Positions 38,689 to 52,060 of a DNA stretch of 64,000 bases are shown in pieces; positions within the stretch are counted from its first letter, which is position 1, and each line of letters opens with the position of its first letter. Source of the DNA: Camelus dromedarius (taxonomy: Eukaryota); the NCBI RefSeq assembly GCF_036321535.1, contig NC_087437.1, forward strand, positions 74,526,001 through 74,590,000, written 5' to 3'. A program made the translations under genes and the position numbers. Below the pieces are notes generated by a model. It searched no databases, was not told the origin of the DNA, and saw only the letters and a program-made list of their open reading frames with translations.

Positions 38689-41600
38689 ATGGCAATAAAC
38701 ACACATCTATCATTAATTACTGTAAATGTTAATGGACTAAATGCTCCAGTCAAAAGACACAGAGTGGCAGACTGGATAATAAAGCAAGAACCTTCAATAT
38801 GCTGCATACAAGAGACCCACTTGAGGGAGGAGGACACATATAGATTGAGAGTGAAAGGATGGAAAAGGATATTCCATGCAAATGGAAAAGCCAAAAAAGC
38901 AGGTGTTGCAGTACTGATTTCAGACAAAATAGACTTTAAAACAAAGGCCATAAAGAAAGATAAAGAAGGACATTTTATAATGATTAAAGGAGTGATACAA
39001 GATGAGGATATTACACTCGTTAATATATATGCACCCAATATAGGAGCACCTAAGTACATACAAGAATTACTAACAGAGATAAAGGGGGATATTGATGGGA
39101 ATACAATCATAGTTGGAGATTTTAACACTGCATTAACATCACTAGACAGATCTTCCAGACAGAAAATAAACAAGGCAACAGAGAAATTAAATACTACAAT
39201 AGAAAAACTAGATTTGGTGGATATTTTCAGAGCATTACACCCCCCAAAAATAGGATATACATTCTTTTCAAGTGTACATGGAACATTTTCCAGGATCGAT
39301 CATGTACTTGGGCACAAAAGAAACCTCAACAATTTTAAGAAGATAGAAATTATCTCAAGCATCTTTACTGACCACAATGCCATGAAACTGGAAATCAACA
39401 ACAGAGAAACAAAGGAGAAAAAAAGGAAAGCATGGAGATTAAACAATATGTTATTGAAAAAACAATGGATCAATGAGGAAATCAAAGCTGAAATTAAAAA
39501 ATACCTTGAGACAAATGAGAATGAAAGCACAACCACTCAAAACCTATGGGACACAGCAAAGGCAGTGCTAAGAGGGAAGTTTATAGCGATACAGGCCTTC
39601 CTCAAAAAAGAAGAACAATCTCAAATAAACAATTTAACCCACCACCTGAATGAATTAGAAAAAGAAGAACAAAAAGCCCCAAAAAGCAGCAGAAGGAAGG
39701 AAATAATAAAGATCAGAGAGGAATTAAATACAATAGAGATTAACAAGACCATAGAAAAAATCAACCAAACCAAAAGCTGGTTTTTTGAAAAAGTAAATAA
39801 ATCGACAAACCTCTGGCCAAACTCACAAAGAAGAAAAAAGAGAGAGCACAAATTAGCAAAATAAGAAAGGAAAATGGAGAAATTACAACAAACAAAATAG
39901 AAATACAGAATATCATACGAGAATATTATGAAAAACTATATGGAACCAAACTGGATAACCTAGAGGAGATGGACAAGTTTCTGGAAACATACTGTCCACC
40001 AAAACTGAATCAAGAAGAATCTGAACACTTGAACAATCCGATCACTAGAAAGGAAATAGAAATAGCAATTAAAAACCTCTCTACAAATAAAAGTCCAGGA
40101 CCGGACGGCTTCACCGGGGAATTCTACCAAACATACAAAGAAGAACTCATACCAGTCCTTCTCAAACTCTTCCAGACGATTGGAAAGGAGGGATTACTCC
40201 CAAACTCATTCTATGAAGCTACCATCACCCTGATACCAAAACCAGGCAAAGACACTACAAAAAAAGAGAATTATAGGCCAATATCACTGATGAACATAGA
40301 CGCCAAAATCCTCACCAAAATTTTAGCAAATAGAATCCAACAACACATAAAAAAGATTATACATCATGACCAAGTGGGGTTCATCCCAGGGACACAAGGC
40401 TGGTTCAACATACACAAATCAATCAGTGTAATACATCACATCAACAAGAGAAAGGACAAAAACCACATGATCATCTCAATCGATGCAGAAAAAGCATTTG
40501 ATAAAATTCAACACCCATTTATGATAAAAACTCTCGCCAAAGTGGGTATAGAGGGAACATATATCTCAACATAATAAAAGCTATATATGACAAACCTACA
40601 GCCAGCATAGTACTCAACGGTGAAAAACTCAAAAGCTTCCCACTAAAATCTGGGACAAGACAAGGATGCCCACTATCACCACTCCTATTCAACATAGTCC
40701 TGGAAGTCCTAGCCACAGCAGTCAGGCAAGAGAAAGAAATAAAAGGGATCCAAATTGGAAAAGAAGAGGTAAAAGTGTCATTACATGCTGATGACATGTT
40801 ACTATATATAGAAAACCCTAAAAGATCCACGCAAAAGCTACCAGAGCTGATTGAAGAATTCAGCAAGGTAGCAGGTTACAAAATTAACGTTCAAAAATCA
40901 GTTGCATTTGTTTACACTAACGATAAATCAACAGAAGAAGAAAGTAAAGAAACAATCCCCTTTAAAATAGCACCCAAAGTAATAAAATATCTGGGAATAA
41001 ATCTAACCAAGGAGGTGAAAGAATTATACACAGAAAACTATAAACCATTGATGAAGGAAATTAAAGAAGACTTTAAAAAATGGAAAGATATTCCATGCTC
41101 TTGGATTGGAAGAATCACTGTTGTTAAAATGGTCACACTGCCCAAGGCAATCTACAGATTTAATGCAATCCCTATCCAATTACCCAGGACATATTTCACA
41201 GAACTAGAAAAAATCATAATAAAATTCATATGGAACCATCAAAGACCTAGAATTGCCAAAGCATTACTGAAGAGAAAGAAAGAGGCTGGAGGAATAACTC
41301 TCCCAGACTTCAGACAATACTATAGAGCTACAGTCATCAAGACAGCATGGTATTGGTACCAAAACAGACATATAGACCAATGGAACAGAATAGAGAGCCC
41401 AGAAATGAACCCACAAACTTTTGGTCAACTCATCTTTGACAAAGGAGGCAAGAATATACATTGGAATAAAGACAGTCTCTTCAGCAAATCGTGTTGGGAA
41501 AACTGGACAGCAGCATGTAAAACAATGAAGCTAGAACACTCCCTTACACCATATACAAAAATCAACTCAAAATGGATTAAAGACTTAAACATAAGACAAG

Positions 41601-42487
41601 GTACAATAAACCTCCTAGAGGAAAACATAGGCAAAACATTATCTGACATACATGTCAAAAATTTTCTCCTAGAAGAAATAAAAGCAAGAATAAACAAATG
41701 GGACCTAATGAAACTTACAAGCTTCTGCACAGCAAAGGAAACCAGAAGTAAAACAAGAAGAAAACCTACGGAATGGGAGAAAATTTTTGCAAGTGAAACC
41801 GACAAAGGCTTGATCTCCAGAATATATAAGCAGCTCATACGACTCAATAAGAAAAAAATAAACAACCCAATCCAAAAATGGGCAGAAGACCTAAACAAGC
41901 AATTCTCCAAGGAAGACATACAAATGATCAAAAAGCACATGAAAAAATGCTCAATATCACTAATTATCAGAGAAATGCAAATCAAAACTACAATGAGGTA
42001 TCACCTCACACCAGTCAGAATGGCCGTCATTCAAAAATCCACAAATGACAAATGCTGGAGAGGCTGTGGAGAAAGGGGAACCCTCCTACACTGCTGGTGG
42101 GAATGCAGTTTGGTGCAGCCACTATGGAAAACAGTGTGGAGATTCCTCAAAAGACTAGGAATAGACTTACCATATGACCCAGGAATCCCACTCCTGGGCT
42201 TGTATCCAGAAGGAAATCTACTTCAGGATGACACCTGCACCCCAGTGTTCATAGCAGCACTATTTACAATAGCCAAAACATGGAAACAGCCTAAATGTCC
42301 ATCAACAGGTGACTGGATAAAGAAGAAGTGGTATATTTATACAATGGAATACTACTCAGCCATAAAAACCGACAACATAATGCCATTTGCAGCAACACGG
42401 ATGCTCCTGGAGAATGTCATTCTAAGTGAAGTAAGCCAGAAAGAGAAAGAAAAATACCATATGAGATCGCTCATATGTGGAATCTAA
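38689..42487 (+). pseudogene. L1 ORF2p (endonuclease / RT / CCHC), disrupted by two frameshifts
   Basis: EN motifs NVNGLN, QETH, GDFN, RIDH, TDH; RT motifs YRPISL, QGCPLSP, HADD; CWRGC...HCWWEC. A -1 frameshift at ~39800 and a +2 at ~40560; no in-frame stops once these are corrected. Confidence 0.95.
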
Positions 42488-45162
42488 AAAACAAAAACAA
42501 AAACAAACAAACAAACAAAAACAAAGCGTAAATAAAGGACAGAAATAGACTCACAGACAGAGAATACAGACTTGTGGTTACCAGGGGGGTGGAGGGTGGG
42601 AAGGGATAGACTGGGATTTCAAAATTGTAGAATAGACTACACTGTATAGCACAGGGAAATATACACAAAATGTTATGGTAACTCACAGAGAAAAAAATGT
42701 GACAATGAGTGTGTATATGTCCATGAATAACTGAAAAATTGTGCAGAACACTGGAATTTGACACAACATTGTAAAATGATTATAAATCAATAAAAAATGT
42801 TAAAAAAAAAAAAACTCTTAGAAGAAGACATAAGGAAAAAGCCTAAAGACATTGTACTGGACAATAATTTCTTGGATATGACACCAAAAACATAGGCAAC
42901 AGAAGCAAAAATAAACAAATGGGACTACATCAAACTAAAAAGCTTCTGTAGAGCAAAAGAAATAATCAACAACGTGAAAAGGCAACCTAGAGAATGGGAG
43001 AAAATATTTGCAGACTATATAGCTGATAAGGAATTGGTATCTAAAGTATATAAGGAAAAAGAAAAATAATAAAATATATAAGGAACTCAAACAATTTAGT
43101 AGGAGGGAAAAAACACAAAGAAAACAATTAAAAATTGAGTAAAGCACCCAAACAAATATTTGTTCAAAGAATACATACAATTTCCAACAGGTGTATGAAA
43201 ACGTGCTCAACATCACTAATTATCAGGGAAATGCAAATCAAAATCACAATGAGAAATCACCTTGCACCTGTTAGGATGGCTGTTATCAAAAAAAAAAAAA
43301 ACCAAAAGGCAACAACTACTGATGAGGATTTGGAGAAAAGGGAACACTTGAACACCACTGGAAGGAATATAAATTGGTATAATCACTATGGCAAACAGTA
43401 TGGAGGTTCCTTGAAAAATGAAAAACAGAACTATCATATGATCCAATAATCCCATTTCTGGGTATGTATCCAAAAGAATTGAAATCTGGATCTCAGAGAT
43501 ATTTCATTCCTATGTTCACTGCAGCATTATTCACAGTAATCAAGATATGAAAACAACCTAAATGTCCATCGATGGATGAACAGATAAAGGATGTGCAATG
43601 GAATATTATTCAGCCTTAAAAAAGGCAGTCCTGCCATTTGCAACAACATGGATGAACCTGGAGGACATTATGCTAAGTGAGATAAGTCAGACACAGAAAG
43701 ACAACTACTGCATTATTTCACTTACATGTAGAAGCAGTTAGACTGGTGGTTGCCAGAGACTTGAGGGTGGGGGAAATGGGGAGGTGTTGGTCAAAGGGGA
43801 TCAAGCTTTAGCTGTGCAAAATAAATGTTTTGGAGTACAACTGTACGACATAGGTCCTATAATTAACAACACTGTAATGTACACTTTAAAATGTGCTAAG
43901 ATGGTAGATATTATGTTAAGTGCTCTTATCCCAAAAGTGAAAAAACAACAAGTGGCTGGGACGAAACGTGGAGGTGATGGATACATTTATGGCATTGATA
44001 GTAATGACAGGTAATATACTAATCTCCAAACACATCAAGTTGTATACATTAAACATCTACAGCTTTTTCTATGTCAATCATATCTCAGTAAAGTGATTTT
44101 AAAATATTTTACAGGTTTTACACAGTGCTGTAAATCAAGAAAAGTAAATGAGTAAATAACAGCCATATTAAAAAATAAGAAGTAAACCTGTCTGTGTACA
44201 CAAACTACATACTGCCTTTGTAGAAAGTCTGATGGAATCCACAAAAAAGCTACTAGAACTAATAAATCAGTTATATAAGATGAATAGACAAAAATCAGGT
44301 GTTTTGTATATACTAGTAAAAATCTGACTTTGAAATTTTAATGTAATTTAAAATAGCATCAAAAATATAAAATACTTAGGAACATCTGACAAAATAGGTG
44401 TAAAATATGGACAATAAAACTTCAAATTATTGCTGAGAGAAATTAAAGACAAATCAACTAAGTGATATATCATATTCATGTATCAAAAGACTAAATATTG
44501 TTAAATGTTAATTATCTTCTAATTAATGTATAAATATAATGCAATCCAATCAAAATCAGAGCAGCCTATATTTGTAAAAACTGACAAGCTGAATCATAAA
44601 AACATTTAGAAATACAAAGGACCTAGAAAAGCCAAAACAACCTTGAAAAAGCAGAATAAAGTTGGAAAACTTAATTACAGGATATACTATAAAGCTACGT
44701 TAATCAAGATAGTATGTTAATGGTATTTGAATAAACAAATTGATCTAATTTAATAGAATTTAGTCCAGAAAAGTCTCCCTTATATATAGTCAATTAATTT
44801 TGAAAAGAGTTGCAAAGAAAATTCAGCAGAGAAAGCACAGTATTTTCTAAAAACAATGCTGGATCAATTACACATGCAAATACATATATGCAAAATATAT
44901 ATACATATGCCAAAAATAAATTTTAATCATACCATATATAACAATTAACTCAAAATTAATAATAGACCTAAATGTAAAATCTAGAATTATAAAAATTCTA
45001 TTAGAAAACATAGGAGAAAATCTGTGTAACCTTGGATTAGGCAACAGTTTGCTAGGTACAATACCAAAAGCACAATCCATGAAAGAAAACATTGATAAAG
45101 TGGACTTCATAAAAATTAAGAACTTCTGCTCCATGGAAGGCACTAAGAAAATAAAAAGGTTA

Positions 45163-45300
45163 GGGGAAGGGTTTAGCTCAGTGGTAGAGCTGGTGCTTAG
45201 CATGCACAAGGTCCTGAGTTCAATCCCCAGCACCTCCATTAAAAATAAATAAGTAAATAAGCCTAATTACCTCCTCCTTCCCCCCCCCAAAAAGAAAAAG
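45163..45300 (+). mobile_element. Vic-1-type SINE nested in the outer L1
   Basis: ggggaagggtttagctcagtggtagagc...gcatgcacaaggtcctgagttcaatccccagcacctcc...gcctaattacctcc. Confidence 0.9.
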
Positions 45301-46184
45301 ATGAAAATGGCAAGTCATGGACTAGGAAAAATATTTTCAAGTAATATATCTACTAAAGAACCCTCAAAACTCAATAAAAAATAATCCGCTTTAAAATGGG
45401 CAAAAGATTTGAACAGCACAAAAATATATATATGGATGTCATAAAAGCATATCACAGGGAAATGCACTTTAAATTATAATGAAATTCTAATATCTCCCTA
45501 TTAGAATGTCTGAAATTTAAGCCTGACATTACCAAGTGTTTGTGAGCATGTGGAAGCAACTGGAAGTCCCATACACAGCTGGTGGAAATGGAAAATGATA
45601 CACCCATAATGGAAGACAATATGGTAGTTTCCTTATAAAGTGAAACGTATTTCTACAATATGAGACAAATATTTCACTCTTAGGTATTTATCCAAGAGAA
45701 ATGGAAGCATATTTCCATAAAAGATCTGTACATAAATGTTCCTATTAGCTTTATTTGTAACTAGAAACAACCCAAATATCTATTAACAGGTGAATGGATA
45801 AACCAATTGTTGTACACACATATGACAGAATACTACTCAACAAAAGGAGAAGAGTCAACTATTGGTACATTTCAATATGGATAAATTTCAAAACAATTAT
45901 TCTGAATGAAGATAGTCAGACCTTCTTATCAAAAACAAAATTAGTATATATGTATGTACGAAGAAAATGAAATCTAATCTAGTGACAGAAAGCAGATCAG
46001 AACAGAGAGGGGCAGAAGGAAGAGATTAAAATGGACAGAAGTAAACTATTGGGGTGATGATCTGTTCACTAAGTTTATTGTAGCTGTGGTTTTACTAAGT
46101 ATATTCAGGCGTTGACACCTATATAAATGCTAAATATGTGGTTTATTTTAGGTCAACTCTAACTTAATAAAGCTATTTAAAAGT

Positions 46185-46370
46185 ATATAATTTTATATAA
46201 AATAGATAAACAAGAACATATTGTATAGTACAGGGAACTATATTCAATATCTTGTAATAACATATAATGGAAATAATCTGAAAAAGTATATATATATTTT
46301 AAGTACATAATTTTAGTACAAAATATAAATAGCATATAAGCTATAAAGTACAATAATAAAACAAACATCT
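46185..46370 (+). mobile_element. Short L1 3' UTR fragment
   Basis: aatagataaacaag...tgtatagtacagggaactatattcaatatcttgtaataac. Confidence 0.7.
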
Positions 46371-47073
46371 CTGAACCTTATCCATGTTCCTCTTCTTGAG
46401 CCCAGACCTTCTCTTTCCCTCCCCAAAGAGGTAACTGCCATTATGTTTTTGATAAAAATAAACAATTTTTTCATTATGTTCCTAAGAAAATAATATGGGA
46501 ATGTTTCAAGTCTAAATTAATGAAAATAGTTACATCTTTAAAAATATTTTTCAATGTACATGATCCACAAATGGTATAAAAAAAAAGAACTCATTTATCA
46601 ACACCATTATTAAGTTACTTACTTAATATGAGAATTTTAACCATATTGTTAGATTATATTTGATCACTTACCAATAATTTCACTGGCAGCTATCTTGTCT
46701 ACTGACTAGATTTGAAGTCCTTGAGTACAGTTATTCTTTGAGTTCTGCAGTGTACATATACCCCTACCCTCACCCAGCACTTATTATCTCATTTAATACA
46801 AACTAATTATGGTTTTTACCATGAGGACTTCTGAAATTTTGGAAATAAGTAATGCATTCTATGAATTAAATATTACAAACTCCAGAGAGAGTCACACATG
46901 TGAGTAAACCAAGAGCACACTTATAAAGTATCTGTTAAAGAGCAGACATTCAAAATTGCAAACAAGTTGCTTTGTTTCTAATCTTAGAAAGAGAGTATGG
47001 GAAATCATTATTATTTAGTAAGTGGACGCCTGCACAACTTTTTTGTGTCTATAAAGAAAAGGGGAATGGTTAG

Positions 47074-47633
47074 TTTAATGGTTAATTTTTGCTTGTCAAC
47101 CTGACTGAGCAATGAGATGCCCAGACATTTGATCAAACATAATTGTTGGTGTTTCCCTGAGGATATTTTGAGATAAGATTAATACTTAAATTGGTAAATT
47201 GAGTAAAGCAGATTGCCCTTCCTAATTGGGCCTCGTTCCAATCAGTTAAAAATTTGAATAGAACAAAATGGCTGACCATCCCCTAAGTAAGAGAAAATTC
47301 TCCTACCTGCCTGCTTTCAAATGAAGACATTGGCTTGTTCCTGCCTGTGGATTTGAACTGAAACATTGGCTCCTCCTAGGTCTTGAGCTTGCCAGGCTTC
47401 AGGTTGGAACTACACCAGAAGTTTTCCTAGTTCTCAGCCTTTTGGACTTGTATTGAAACAAAATCACTGGCGTTCCTGGATCCCAAGCTTGCCAACTCAT
47501 GCTGCAGATCTTGGGACTTTTCAGCCTCCGTAATTGCAGGAGCCAATTCTTTATAATAATTCTCTTTATATGTACAAATATAAATATATACCTTCCACTG
47601 GGTCTGTTTCTCTGGAGAACTCTCACTAATACA
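47074..47633 (+). mobile_element. MLT2-family (ERVL) solo LTR
   Basis: atggttaattttt...tgtcaacctgactg...gagtaaagcagattgcccttcc...tctgtttctctggagaactctcactaataca; 5-bp TSD GTTAG at 47069-47073 and 47634-47638. Confidence 0.9.
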
Positions 47634-47939
47634 GTTAGCATGGAGCATAGAAATCGGTAGAACAAAGAGGCAAAAGGTGGCAAGTAGTCCCAGCACTACT
47701 GGGAGTGAAGAGGGAGCTCTTTCCTGATCCACAGACTCCACCTTCCTGAAAGCTATTCCAAGCATGACCTCGTTAGGGAGACTTTTCAGCTATCACAGCT
47801 CAACACAATTTTACCTCAAACCATCTATGGATCTGTGTTCCAATTCCATACCCACCAAACAACCTCTGGTTTTAATTTAGCTTTCCATTTAAAACTTCTC
47901 AGCTAGGAAAATCCCCTCCTCAAGCTAAGTATATCAGAC

Positions 47940-48505
47940 TGTGTGACAGACTGTATGGGCACCTGTTCTTTTTGTCTAGCTGGTATTCATTCAGGCTTCT
48001 TTTGCTGAGAGCATTTTTATTTCCCTTAAACCATGTTGTGAAAAGATGATTCAACTTCCAAACTTCCAGATACAGAAGTAGGAACATGACTGAAGCCTAG
48101 ATAAATCCAAGTTTCTGTGATTGGTTTAGTGATGAGAAGTGACCAAAACTAGACCAATGAGAATCAGCCCTGGGACTTTTGCTAGAACCATTTGTAAATA
48201 TTTGGAAAGAGACATTCTGCTAGAGTTGCTAGACTGCTAGAACATAGGCCTGGAGTTCTATAGCCAACTTTGCCATATTTACTTGCCTAAGAATAAAGTA
48301 AATGCAGAGGAAAACAATGGCAAGAGCTAGCTTAGTATCTATGCTACTTAATCTAAATATCTGAATCCAGTTGTCCCTGAAGACATCACTGTTCTTTCAA
48401 TTATGGAAGCCAGCAATTTTTGTATTGTTTTATTCTATTTTGCATGAACAGGCTTGTGTTGTTTGGGCTTTTGCAACTTTCCGTAGAAAAAAGAACTGAC
48501 TCACA
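47940..48505 (+). mobile_element. Old MLT1 (MaLR) LTR
   Basis: tgattggtttagtgatg...gaccaatgagaatcagccctgggacttttgctag...ctgaatccagttgtccctgaag. Confidence 0.65.
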
Positions 48506-51500
48506 GAAATGTCAAATTAAGAAAAAAAAATTCTCTGCCTTATGCATTGTCTCTGTAAACCTGGTTAGTAAGCCCACTCTTGGTGTGCTGACAGACCATA
48601 TTTTTGAGCGTATAGAACTGAGGACCAGATCCTGAACTAGGAAAAATTTACCAATTCAAATGCTGGTTCATGAATTTGTAGAGTGTAGGATCTAAGAGTA
48701 TGCACTTTGCCATAATAAAGACTTGTGATGCATTGCATCTTGCCCATTTACTCAGTGAGAGTTCTTGGGCAGACAAGTTATTTAACCTCTCTCAGTCTCA
48801 GTGTTCACATTTGTTAAGTGGAGCTAATAATATTTCATTTAATTAATATTCATAATACATACTGAGAGAATTCAATAAAAGTACAGGTAACAGCAAGAGC
48901 CAACAGTTACTGATCACACTTCACATATAAATCATTGCATAAGTCATATATGCATATGTATATGTATATAATATGCATAACAAACAGGAACTCATGGATG
49001 AAAACTATTAATATGCCTGAGAAACTGAGAGATCTTGGCAATAAGCTAAGAAGGTCTGTCTTATAGAGAATCCACTTCAATCTCAGAGAGTGGTAATTCA
49101 ATAAATACTGTGTTTATTGGTTATTTGAATTTTTTTGGCTTTTTGGTCAGAATCAACAAGGTACAGGAGAGTATCTTTGTCCATGGTTTTTAGTTTTGGA
49201 CACTTCTATTCTTGTATTAAAAAAAAGAAAAGAAAAATTCAGTTCCTTCTATATGATTAGAGTTTGTCTAGAAATAGAAAAATTGAAAATGAAAACAAAA
49301 TATCAAAAAAAGATTTCATCCTATCATCCAGCTAAGTTAAAGTTATAATTCACCTGATTTTCACCAGTCTGAGAAACTACATAATATTTTAAGCCTCCAA
49401 AACTCAGCAGCTAGTCATGAATAAAAAAGAGAGCTCAGTCAGAATCCTTTGGTGGCCTCCTTGAACTCATGGACTGTAATCACTTTTCCAGCTCTAGCCT
49501 TTTTTTGTGCAGTTGAACTTGTAACAAAGGAGACAGCTTTCAGAAAGCAATGGTTCAATCACTAGACAGAATGTGGATCTAATGAGAATAGGGCTCTAGT
49601 TTCAACCAACTGGCTTCGTGAAATGAAAAAATCCAATTCCATCAGCACTCCTATCTCAAACCAGCATTCTGTCAAATACTTGTCCTTCATTGCAGCAGCA
49701 ACCTGGTAAGAGAAGGTGGGGGTCTCAAAGTAACCCAACACAACTGTGAGAAGAAGCAGTCACAGCGCAGGATCTACAATTTACTTCATACCTGCTTTGC
49801 ATCAATTTCCCCATCTAGGGACATGGACCATACTGAACACCTACTTGAAGCTGTAGGGATTTACATTCTAATGTGGAACATAAAACACTTGGGAAACAAC
49901 TGCAGAACATTTTTGCAGATGAAAATGAAAAATTGGTCTTAATAGTCAGGCCATCTAAGAGTTTGTTCTGTAGCCATCTGTGTCTAAGAGCTGGTCATTT
50001 AACTTGCAAGATGACACTGCATTAAGGACTAAATAGATGAGGAAGTTGAAGCTCAAAGCACTTAAGAGATTTGACTGACATTCACACAGTTTAAAGATAG
50101 AAGGCAGGATCTGACCCCGTTTTATGGAAGGTCAAAAATCACTGCTCTTAACCAAAGTGCTGTACTGCTTTCCTAATAGAGCAGTACAAACAATGCAGAG
50201 AAAGCCAAGCACCTAAGTCTTCTCCTGCAAATGAGACCTACTGAATGGAGCAGCATAGTCAGGAAGCAGCCTTTCCTGCTTAAGGGATTATCTGTGTCTT
50301 CTGCATGTGACTGCTTCTGACCAGAGAATTAAACAGTGGACTTCCATAAGATTGATCGGAACAGAGTGATCATTACTTTCCAAAACTGCCCATTGCTCCG
50401 TGGCAGGTATTTATGTTTTTTCTCAAACAGGAGAATGCCCAGAAGCACTGCCATGAATCTAAATGCGCAGACCTTTTAGCAGAATTCTTAGGGGGCAACT
50501 TTACAAGTGCCTGAAATAATGACCAAAGCAATTTTTTAAATGTATTCAAATAACAGTTGTGAGCACAGTCAGACTGTTCCACCTAAGAAGCAAAAGAAAG
50601 GTAATTACCTGTAAAACGCATAGAATGTATATTGTTTACTCATCATTAACTCTGAACACCTTTATGCTAATGATAGACTAAGACAAGCTTCCAGCTATAA
50701 GGTGAGGAAAACAGCCAGAATAAGTCAGAGGAACACAAAGACCTTCCCAGCTGAGTGAACGACATCCCAATAACCTTGAAGAGTCCCTGTGACCAGCCAC
50801 AGCCTTCAGTCACCTATGGAAGCAGTAAATAATGGCAGAAAACCCAACAAGCTCCAGAGATCGCTTTACAGACATGAGCTTGTTCTCATACAATCTCTAC
50901 CAAGGTGACAGCAAACCACACGTTGGGCAAAGAAATAGAGAAACAAGAAAAAATATAAATGACAAGATCTGACGGAAAAGTCAAAGCCTCAATACTCAAA
51001 TCCCAAGAATCTTTTTTCTTTTTAAATTTTTTTAATTGAAGCATGGTTGATTTACAATGTTGTGTTGGTTTCTGGTGTACAGCCTAGTAGGAAGCCCACT
51101 CTTAGGGAACGTAAAAAAGTTAACTAATGTTTATTGAGTTCCCGCATTGTGCCAGGCAATTTATATACGTTATATAGAAAAATGCATGTTATCAATAAAT
51201 CTTTTAGTGCTTTTCTTCTTTCATAATCTATCCCTCCCTCCTAGAAGCAAACATTATCCAAGGAGTCATTGCAAAAATATAACCAGAATAAGATGCGAGT
51301 ACAAGCAACTCCTGATACTGACGTTTTTCTTTTTTATGTGATAGCTTTGGTCAATTGTGAAAAGAATTTTGAGACTAAGAGTCTGTGATTTTTATCAGGC
51401 ACTTTTACTTATGGTGACTTCAGTAATAAAGAACTAGGTTGCCAATAACAAAAATAATTTCATTTAAAAAATTTATGACAGATGGACATGTAAATATGGA

Positions 51501-51799
51501 TATAGGTAAATATAGATATATAGATTTAGTCCCTCATCTTTCTCTCTAAACCACCTGGCAAACATAATAGTGAGGCACAGGTTTCGTCTCACAAAGTTAC
51601 TAGTAGAAATGTAAAACATACATTTCTCTAGGAGAGAGATACAACCATAAGACTTTCAAGTGTTCAGTGGAAATTTCAGTGAGAATGGACTTAATTCTCA
51701 ATTTTTGAGCCGTAGCTAAGATGCGTCACACGTAGACTCAAAAACACTTCTTGCCAAATCCGCAAACTATCTTTGATTCTAGTAGCTGTATCTGGCTAA

Positions 51800-52060
51800 T
51801 ATGAGAGGCAATATACCATACTGTTTATGAGCAGAAATTCTTGAATCAGTTGCCTGGGATTCAAGTCTTGGCTCTACCATTCAGGAGCTGAGTGATTTAG
51901 CACAAGTTACTTTACTTTTCCAATCTCAGCATCCTCATCTATAAAATGGGTGTAACAGAAATATCTGTTTCATGAGTTGTTGTAAGAATAAAATTAACCA
52001 AGAAAGAATCTTAGAACAGTGCCTGCTATATTCTATGCATTCAGTAGATGGCAGCTAATA
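51800..52060 (+). mobile_element. MIR SINE
   Basis: tgcctgggattcaagtcttggctctacca...gcacaagttactttac...tcctcatctataaaatggg...cttagaacagtgcctg. Confidence 0.8.

Larger units (their letters stand above)
35704..42810 (+). mobile_element. Young full-length LINE-1 (~7.1 kb)
   Basis: 12-bp TSD aaaactcttaga at 35692-35703 and 42811-42822; AT/AAAA endonuclease-type site; CpG-rich 5' UTR, ORF1, spacer, ORF2, 3' UTR, AATAAA and poly(A). Confidence 0.97.
34996..44103 (+). mobile_element. Mid-age L1 (L1M2/L1MA-like) with a large internal deletion; hosts the young L1
   Basis: 5' end gtgatgtcagcaa...gaataggaagtcccc is joined at ~35260 directly to late ORF2 (aaaatttatttggaatcacaaaagacccc, KFIWNHKRP). ORF2 continues after 42822; the 3' UTR ends ~44103. 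Confidence 0.75.
30390..46180 (+). mobile_element. Ancient L1 (outer element of the nest; own sequence ~30390-34450, ~34982-34995 and ~44104-46180)
   Basis: Old L1 5' end (ccaagatgaagtaacaaggg...cctctcacctgaaataact), ORF1 remnants (31687-32326) and ORF2 remnants. ORF2 stops at ccacttctgttc...attgtactg and resumes at ~44110 (aggttttacacagtgc...aagctactagaactaataaat). 3' end ...aataaagctatttaaaa. Confidence 0.8.

Noticed and set aside
37483..41985. Long antisense ORFs over L1 ORF1/ORF2 (e.g. 38565-39173, 41425-41985, 40519-40866)
   Set aside because: Shadow ORFs from the A-rich, codon-biased L1 sense strand; common in any young L1
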